Of a stretch of DNA of 64,000 nt, positions 58,421 through 64,000 are shown one piece after another. This DNA comes from an uncultured delta proteobacterium. Lineage in GTDB: Bacteria; Myxococcota_A; Polyangia; Polyangiales; Polyangiaceae. The stretch spans positions 4,576,001 to 4,640,000 of the forward strand of contig CAWAIF010000003.1 of assembly GCA_963782055.1 (NCBI GenBank), in the 5' to 3' direction. The translations under genes were made by a program, and so were the position numbers. How positions within the stretch are numbered: position 1 is the first letter of the stretch; the number at the start of each line of letters is the position of its first letter. The notes below the pieces were generated by a model. It was not told where the DNA came from. It was given only the letters and a program-made list of their open reading frames with translations, and searched no databases.

Positions 58421-59509
58421 ATGGCCATCCGGGCGCTGAAGAGGACGATCGGACCGGCGGTCGCGCTCGCCCTCGCGGTCCCGCTCGCGTGCCTGGGCAC
58501 CTCGGTGCTCGCCGCCCCCCTGCCGCCGGCCCCTCCACCGGTGGTGCTGGAGTGGAAGGCTCCGCGGGCGTGCCCGAGCGTCGAGGACGTGAGAGGCGAG
58601 ATTGGCCGGATGCTCGCCGGCTCCGAGGCCGACGTGACGACCCCGGTCCGCGCCCGTGCGATCGTGTCGCGAACCACGCACTGGGGCTGGGTCTTGCTGC
58701 TCACGACGGACACCCAGACCTCGCACGGCGAGCGCGCGATCCACGCGGACTCCTGCGAGGCGCTCGCGGGGGCGGCCGCGCTCATCCTCACGCTGGCCGT
58801 CGACCCGACGCGCGCGGAGTCGGGGATCGACACGATGGCCGACGCCGGCGCGGTCGACGCCGGCGACGCCGCTCCCGAGGCGGCCGCTCCCGAGGCGGCC
58901 GCTCCGCCGGCGGCCGTGGTGGCCGAGAAGCCCAGGCTCGTCACCCGGCACCAGCACGTCGCGCCGCCGAGAGCTCCGCCCGCTCGCCGCCATGCCGCGC
59001 TGTCGCTCGCCCCCACGTTCGACGTCGGCACGCTCCCCTCGGCGTCGTTCGGCGCGACGTTCGGCGCGGCGTGGACGCCGCCGCACGCGCGGCTCGAGGT
59101 CAGCGCCAGCCTGTGGGCCGGCCAGCGCGTGGGGCTCCCGACGGACGCGACGCAGGGCGGGCTCTTCCAGGGGTGGAGCGCGGGCGCGCGGGCGTGTCAG
59201 TCCTCCGCGCTGGGGCGCTTCGAGCTCGGGCCGTGCGCGCTGCTCGACATCGAGACGATGAGCGCGACCGGCTACGGGACGACCGACGACACGAGCGTGA
59301 CCAACACGTGGGTCGCGGTGGGCCTCGGGGGCTTCGGGGCATTCGCGGTGAGCCCGGACCTCGCGGTGCGGCTCTCGGTCGACGCCCTCTTCCCGGTCAC
59401 CCCGCCCCAGTTCTTCATCTACGAGTCGACCGGCGCCCGGCAGACTGTCTACAAGCCCGCGTCCCTCAGCGGGCAAGCTTCCCTCGGACTCGAGGTTCGA
59501 TTTTTCTGA
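58421..59509 (+). CDS. Exported protein: Cys-pair N-domain, Pro/Ala linker, beta-barrel-like C-domain (ECF module 2)
   Basis: Signal peptide; WKAPRACPS...GERAIHADSCEALA; amphipathic strands ending LGLEVRFF. Confidence 0.7.
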   Translation: MAIRALKRTIGPAVALALAVPLACLGTSVLAAPLPPAPPPVVLEWKAPRACPSVEDVRGEIGRMLAGSEADVTTPVRARAIVSRTTHWGWVLLLTTDTQTSHGERAIHADSCEALAGAAALILTLAVDPTRAESGIDTMADAGAVDAGDAAPEAAAPEAAAPPAAVVAEKPRLVTRHQHVAPPRAPPARRHAALSLAPTFDVGTLPSASFGATFGAAWTPPHARLEVSASLWAGQRVGLPTDATQGGLFQGWSAGARACQSSALGRFELGPCALLDIETMSATGYGTTDDTSVTNTWVAVGLGGFGAFAVSPDLAVRLSVDALFPVTPPQFFIYESTGARQTVYKPASLSGQASLGLEVRFF

Positions 59510-59534
59510 ACGGAATTGCGCTCGGCCTGCCACT
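59508..59534 (+). promoter_or_regulatory. Putative autoregulatory ECF promoter GAACGG-N17-CACT
   Basis: Directly upstream of RBS taaggagg and ATG 59550. Confidence 0.55.
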
Positions 59535-59549
59535 CCTAAGGAGGTGCTC

Positions 59550-60143
59550 ATGACCTCCGTTGGCCATTCGCTCGCTCCGCTGGTCCTCCGCGACCCGCAC
59601 CCCGCCCACGCAGGCCCCATCGTGCCCCCCACGTTCGACGACGTCTACGACAACCACTTCTCCTTCGTCTGGCGAACCGTGCGCCGGCTCGGCGTGCCCC
59701 GGCACGCCGTCGACGACGCGGTGCAGGAGGTGTTCGTCGTCGTTCACCGTCGCCTCGCGGACTTCGAGGGTCGCTCGTCCGTCAAGACGTGGCTCACCGG
59801 CATCACCCTGCGTGTGGCGAGCGAGCACCGCAGGCGCGCGCGGAAGAACCCGACGGCGGACGTCGACGCCGAGACCCTGCACGCCGGCCCCGAGCGCAGG
59901 CCGGACGACGCGGCGACGAAGGCCGAGGCGCTGCGGGTGCTGCACGGCATCCTCGACCAGATGGACGACGACCGGCGCGACGTGTTCGTGATGGCGGAGC
60001 TCGAAGAGATGACCGTACCCGAGATCGCCGAGTCCCTCGGCACCAACGTCAACACCGTCTACTCGCGCCTGCGGACCGCCCGACAGGAATTCGACCAGGC
60101 CGTGAGCCGTCACCGAACGCGCGACGCTTGGAGGTTGCGATGA
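59550..60143 (+). CDS. ECF RNA polymerase sigma factor
   Basis: RBS aaggagg; FVWRTVRRLG...DDAVQEVF...FEGRSSVKTWL; sigma4 EIAESLGTNVNTVYSRLR. Confidence 0.92.
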   Translation: MTSVGHSLAPLVLRDPHPAHAGPIVPPTFDDVYDNHFSFVWRTVRRLGVPRHAVDDAVQEVFVVVHRRLADFEGRSSVKTWLTGITLRVASEHRRRARKNPTADVDAETLHAGPERRPDDAATKAEALRVLHGILDQMDDDRRDVFVMAELEEMTVPEIAESLGTNVNTVYSRLRTARQEFDQAVSRHRTRDAWRLR

Positions 60144-60898
60144 ACCCCGAATCCAGGGCGCTGCTGGACGCGGCGAGTGGCGGCGACGACCCGACGGGAG
60201 ACGACCGCTCGCGCGTGCGAGCGCGCGTCCTCGCTCAGGTGGCGGCGGGCGCGGCAGCGGGCGGGGGCTCGGCGGCGAACGCGTCCGCCGCGCACGCGAG
60301 CGTCGGGGCAAAGGCCGGGATCGGGCTGGGCACGAAGATCTTCCTCGCGGCGGTGGCGATCGGTGTCGGGGCAGCCGGGGTGGCGGCGTGGCCGCGTCAC
60401 GACGCGCGCGCACCGTCGGTCGAGCGCGCGGTGCCCGGGACGCCCACGATCACGGCGGTCGCCGCGACGGCAACCACCGCGGCGACGCAGTCGCCGGGCG
60501 GCGCCGCGGTCGACGTGACCGACCTCCCGGTGGCTCCGGCGAGCACACACGCCGCCAGCCCGAGCGCCACCGCGAAGACGAGCGCTCCACCGCCGAAGTC
60601 CGCGACGGTCGCGTCGCCCGATTCGCTGGCGGAGGAGACGGCGCTCCTCGGCAAAGCCGCGCGCGCGAACCGCGAAGGCGACAGCGTGCGCGCCCTCGCC
60701 CTCCTCGACGAGCACGCGTCGCGCTACCCGAACGGCGTGCTCGCCGAGGAGCGCGCCGCGCAGCGCGTCTTCGTCCTGTGCGCCCTCGGTCGCAAGGCCG
60801 AAGCCACCACCGCGCGCGCCGCGTTTCTCCGCGACAGGCCGCACTCTCCGCTGGCCGAGCGCGTGAGAGGCACGTGCGCCGACGACCGCGATCCGTAG
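60140..60898 (+). CDS. Putative anti-sigma factor (TM + TPR-like C-domain)
   Basis: ATGA overlap; TM IFLAAVAIGVGAAGVAAW; SLAEETALL...GD...ALALLDEH..RYPNGVLAEER. Confidence 0.75.
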   Translation: MNPESRALLDAASGGDDPTGDDRSRVRARVLAQVAAGAAAGGGSAANASAAHASVGAKAGIGLGTKIFLAAVAIGVGAAGVAAWPRHDARAPSVERAVPGTPTITAVAATATTAATQSPGGAAVDVTDLPVAPASTHAASPSATAKTSAPPPKSATVASPDSLAEETALLGKAARANREGDSVRALALLDEHASRYPNGVLAEERAAQRVFVLCALGRKAEATTARAAFLRDRPHSPLAERVRGTCADDRDP

Positions 60899-60911
60899 CC
60901 GCGTCTTTTCG

Positions 60912-60938
60912 TGACGGATCGGGTGCGCGCGATCCACT
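60912..60938 (+). promoter_or_regulatory. Putative ECF promoter TGACGG-N17-CACT
   Basis: Exact motif match to 58330-58356; upstream of RBS aggag and ATG 60959. Confidence 0.6.
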
Positions 60939-60958
60939 CACGCATCAGGAGCAAGACG

Positions 60959-61831
60959 ATGAACTCATTTCGCGACGGCGTGGTTACCATGATCGGTGTC
61001 GGGGCGTGCGCATGGCTCGTCGGGTGTGGTGGGTCGCACGCGGACTGCATCGGCGCCAACAGCTGGACGTGCGACGGCGGGGCGGCGGCGCCCAGCGCCG
61101 ACGCGGCGCCCCCCGACGCGATGCCCGACGTCGCCACCGACGGCCCGCAGTTCCCCGACGCCTCGGCGCCCGACGGCGACCAGTGCCACAAGCTCAACAT
61201 CGGGATCCTCGGCACCCTCGGCAACACCACCTCGTCCAACTTCCAGCAGTGGCTGGAGAGCGCGGGGACGTCGGTGACCCAGCTCCAGACGAACCCCTCC
61301 GACCCGGCGATCGACGCGAACACGCTCGCGCCGTTCGACGTCGTGATCCTCTCCAAGCTGCCGCGCGCCTACACGCCCGCGGAGGCGAAGGCGCTGAAGG
61401 ACCGGGTCGCGGCCGGCGGCGGCCTGATCTCGCTGAGCGGGTTTTTGACCGACTGGTACTCGCCCGCGTACACCAACGACCTGCTCGCCCCGTTCTCGCT
61501 TGCGTACAGTGGATACCTCTTCGACGGGCCCATCACCACCTTCGCCGTGCACCCGATGACGGCAGGGCTGACGTCCGTGTCGTTCGTGGGCGGGTACACG
61601 ATCTCCGATCTCGGCGCGGGCGGCAGCACGCGGACGGCGGTCGCCTTTCAGCCGAACACATCCAACGCGGTGGGCTATGCAGTGCAGCTCGGCCTCGGGC
61701 GCGGCTTCGTCTGGGGCGACGAGTGGATCGAGTACGACTCGGAGTGGTCCAACAGCCTGCAGATCAAGGAGCTCTGGGTGGACGTGTTCAACTGGGTGGC
61801 CCCGGACGGCTGCGCGCTCGAGCCGAAGTGA
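60959..61831 (+). CDS. Secreted lipoprotein (class I GATase-like alpha/beta fold suspected)
   Basis: Lipobox LVGC; FDVVIL...GGGLISL...GRGFVWGDEWI. Confidence 0.65.
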   Translation: MNSFRDGVVTMIGVGACAWLVGCGGSHADCIGANSWTCDGGAAAPSADAAPPDAMPDVATDGPQFPDASAPDGDQCHKLNIGILGTLGNTTSSNFQQWLESAGTSVTQLQTNPSDPAIDANTLAPFDVVILSKLPRAYTPAEAKALKDRVAAGGGLISLSGFLTDWYSPAYTNDLLAPFSLAYSGYLFDGPITTFAVHPMTAGLTSVSFVGGYTISDLGAGGSTRTAVAFQPNTSNAVGYAVQLGLGRGFVWGDEWIEYDSEWSNSLQIKELWVDVFNWVAPDGCALEPK

Positions 61832-61973
61832 CCTGCGCCGCCTGCGGCGACGGCGGGGAAAGGGGCCCGATTGGGGTCGTCGATGTAGTCGAGGCCGACG
61901 GTGTCCCCCGACGCCGCGAGGCCGTAGCCCACGTGCGCGTCGGACGGAGCGCCGCTGTGCTATACGCGGGCGC

Positions 61974-62978
61974 GTGAGCCGCTACCTCGTCACCGGTGCC
62001 ACCGGCTTCCTCGGCAAGTACCTCGTCGCCGCGCTGCGCGAGCACGGCCACGAGGTCGTCGCCCTCGCGCGGAACGCGTCGGCCCTCCCGGAGGGGGTGA
62101 CCTTCCGCCAGGGCGACGTGCTCGACGCCGCGTCGGTCCGCGCCGCGGCCGCGGGGTGCGAGGGCGCCTTCCACTGCGCCGGCAAGGTGTCGCGCAGGAC
62201 GGAGGACGCCGAGGAGCTGCAGCGCCTCCACGTCGAGGGGACGAAGACGACGCTGGCGGCGTGCAAGGAGGCGGGCGTCGGGCGCGTCGTCGTCGCGTCC
62301 ACCAGCGGCACCGTCGCCGTCACGGACGACCCGGATCACGTCGCCTCCGAGGGCGACGAGACGCCCATCGGCATCATCCAGCGCTTCCCCTACTACCGCG
62401 CCAAGCTCTTCGCCGAGCGCGCCGCCCTGGCGATGAACGCCCCCGGCTTCGAGGTCATCGCCGTCAACCCGACGCTCCTGCTCGGCCCCGGCGACGACCG
62501 CGGCTCCTCCACCGAGGACGTGCGCCTCTTCCTCGAGCGCAAGATCCCCTTCGTCCCGCCGGGCGGCATGTCCTACGTGGACGCGCGCGACGCGGCGGAG
62601 GCGATGCGCCTGGCGATGGAGAAGGGCACGCCGGGCCAGCGCTACCTCGTCGGCGCCTGCAACCTGACGCTCCGCGAGTTCTTCGCGCGCCTCGCGCGGG
62701 TCAGCGGCGTCCCCTCCCCCACCCTGCCGGTGCCCCGCGCGCCGGGGATCGCACGCGCCGGCGCCACCCTCCTGGACCGCGCCATGAGCAAGGTGGGGCT
62801 GAAGCTCCCGGTCGACCCGGTCAGCGTGGAGATGGCGCAGTACTTCTGGTACCTCGACCCGACCCGCGCCGAGGAAGAGCTCGGCTGGCGCGCGCGCGAT
62901 CCGATGACCACCCTGCGCGAGACGGTGCAGGACCTGCGCGCGCGCGGCGTCGTCTGGCCCGAGACCGAGACGGCATGA
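61974..62978 (+). CDS. NAD-dependent epimerase/dehydratase (dihydroflavonol reductase-like extended SDR)
   Basis: YLVTGATGFLG, YYRAK (YxxxK), NPTLLLGPGD, VDARD. Confidence 0.88.
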   Translation: MSRYLVTGATGFLGKYLVAALREHGHEVVALARNASALPEGVTFRQGDVLDAASVRAAAAGCEGAFHCAGKVSRRTEDAEELQRLHVEGTKTTLAACKEAGVGRVVVASTSGTVAVTDDPDHVASEGDETPIGIIQRFPYYRAKLFAERAALAMNAPGFEVIAVNPTLLLGPGDDRGSSTEDVRLFLERKIPFVPPGGMSYVDARDAAEAMRLAMEKGTPGQRYLVGACNLTLREFFARLARVSGVPSPTLPVPRAPGIARAGATLLDRAMSKVGLKLPVDPVSVEMAQYFWYLDPTRAEEELGWRARDPMTTLRETVQDLRARGVVWPETETA

Positions 62979-63928
62979 AGCCGCTGCTCGTCGTCAACCC
63001 GATGTCCGGCGGCGGCAAGACGCGGCGCGCCTTCCCCGCGATGCGCGCGGTGGTGGAGCGCCGGCTCGGCCCGGTGGACGTGGAAGAGACGCGACACGCC
63101 GGCCACGCCTCGCCCATCGCCTTCGACGCGGCGAAGGCGGGGCGCGAGCTCATCGTCGCGGTCGGCGGGGACGGCACCTTCTCCGAGATCACCGACGGCG
63201 TCATGCGCGCCGGCACGCACACGCGCGTGGGGATCATCGGCCAGGGCACGGGCGGCGACTTCCGCAAGACGCTGGGCATCGAGCACCGGCTGGACGCCTA
63301 CCTCGACGCGCTCGCCTCCGGCAAGGACCGCGCGGTGGACGTGGGCCTGGCCCGCTTCACCGGCCACGACGGCGAGCCGCGCGAGCGCCACTTCGTCAAC
63401 ATCCTCTCCGCCGGCATGGGTGGCCTCGTCGACGACTACGTCGCCCGCGGCTCCCGCCTCTTCGGCGGCAAGGCGGCGTACTTCGTCGCCTCCGCCAAGG
63501 CGCTCGTCAGGAGCAGGCCCGGCACCCTGCGCTGCGAGATCACGTCGAAGGCGGAGACGCGCGCGGAGACCTTCGAGTCGTACATGATCGCCGTCTGCAA
63601 CGGCCGGTACTTCGGCTCGGGCATGCACGTCGCGCCCATGGCGAAGATCGACGACGGCGTCTTGGAGGTGGTGTCGCTCGACGCGCCGAACAAGCTCGCC
63701 TTCGCGGTGAGCTCCAACAAGATCTACGAGGGCAAGCACCTCCAGAACGAGACGACGCGCCACTTCTCCTGCCAGAAGATCGCCATCGACCTGGAGAACG
63801 AGGCCGCGCGCGCCACCTTCCTGCTCGACGTGGACGGCGAGCCGCTGGGGCGCCTGCCGCTCTCCATCGAGGTCCTCCCTGGCGCCCTGACGGTCGCCGC
63901 CCCTAGCCCAGCTGCGAGCAAGGGCTGA
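62975..63928 (+). CDS. Diacylglycerol/lipid kinase family protein
   Basis: ATGA overlap; VVNPMSGGG, VGGDGT, GTGGDF, NGRYFGSGM, DVDGE. Confidence 0.9.
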   Translation: MKPLLVVNPMSGGGKTRRAFPAMRAVVERRLGPVDVEETRHAGHASPIAFDAAKAGRELIVAVGGDGTFSEITDGVMRAGTHTRVGIIGQGTGGDFRKTLGIEHRLDAYLDALASGKDRAVDVGLARFTGHDGEPRERHFVNILSAGMGGLVDDYVARGSRLFGGKAAYFVASAKALVRSRPGTLRCEITSKAETRAETFESYMIAVCNGRYFGSGMHVAPMAKIDDGVLEVVSLDAPNKLAFAVSSNKIYEGKHLQNETTRHFSCQKIAIDLENEAARATFLLDVDGEPLGRLPLSIEVLPGALTVAAPSPAASKG

Positions 63929-64000
63929 GCCACACCTGGCCCGCCCCTTGCAGTCCTGTCTTTCGCCGTCTCCTCACGCGGCGCGAAAGGCAGCTCATCA

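Noticed and set aside
61974..63928. SDR + lipid kinase (with the FA2H-like gene at 34451) as a sphingolipid pathway
   Set aside because: Plausible for myxobacteria, but the families are broad, no serine palmitoyltransferase is in the window and the genes are unlinked
160..63933. Numerous long overlapping or antisense ORFs in the six-frame track (e.g. 13650-16331 +, 20654-23611 -, 21172-23754 +, 51155-53971 +)
   Set aside because: Arg/Gly/Ala/Pro-rich shadow frames expected at very high GC; each overlaps a better-supported gene
1..64000. tRNA, rRNA, integrase, transposase, prophage or known anti-phage defence genes
   Set aside because: No recognisable motifs by eye; tRNAscan, Infernal and DefenseFinder would be needed to exclude them formally

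Overview
Very GC-rich bacterial chromosomal segment. Gene content points to Myxococcota, most likely a Polyangiales-type myxobacterium (inference): an AglZ/FrzS-like pseudo-receiver/coiled-coil protein, DUF4388-type proteins, many DAG-linker lipoproteins, Cys-rich repeat proteins, Ser/Thr kinases and ECF modules. About 58 genes were called. Housekeeping genes (accD-folC, yajQ-glmM, scoAB, rpiA, slyX, UDG, aconitase-family) are interleaved with accessory loci. No rRNA, tRNA, CRISPR array, integrase or transposase was recognised. Best candidates for undescribed biology: (i) two paralogous modules of exported beta-barrel-like protein + ECF sigma + anti-sigma, the second with a shared ACGG-N17-CACT promoter motif in front of three of its genes; (ii) an 83-aa lipopeptide ending CLNKPGDCTHGLCSW, translationally coupled to a ferritin-like di-iron protein (possible RiPP-like system); (iii) a UBP zinc finger + CxxC-less cNMP-thioredoxin reductase divergent from a DsbA-NhaA fusion; (iv) an aconitase with Ser at the first Fe-S Cys position; (v) a CCTG-heptamer array, palindrome and sigma54-like site before a MarR gene; (vi) a 20-bp REP-like palindrome found three times. 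Five single-base frameshifts in four genes look like sequencing or assembly indels. All family assignments are from motif recognition by eye, not database searches.
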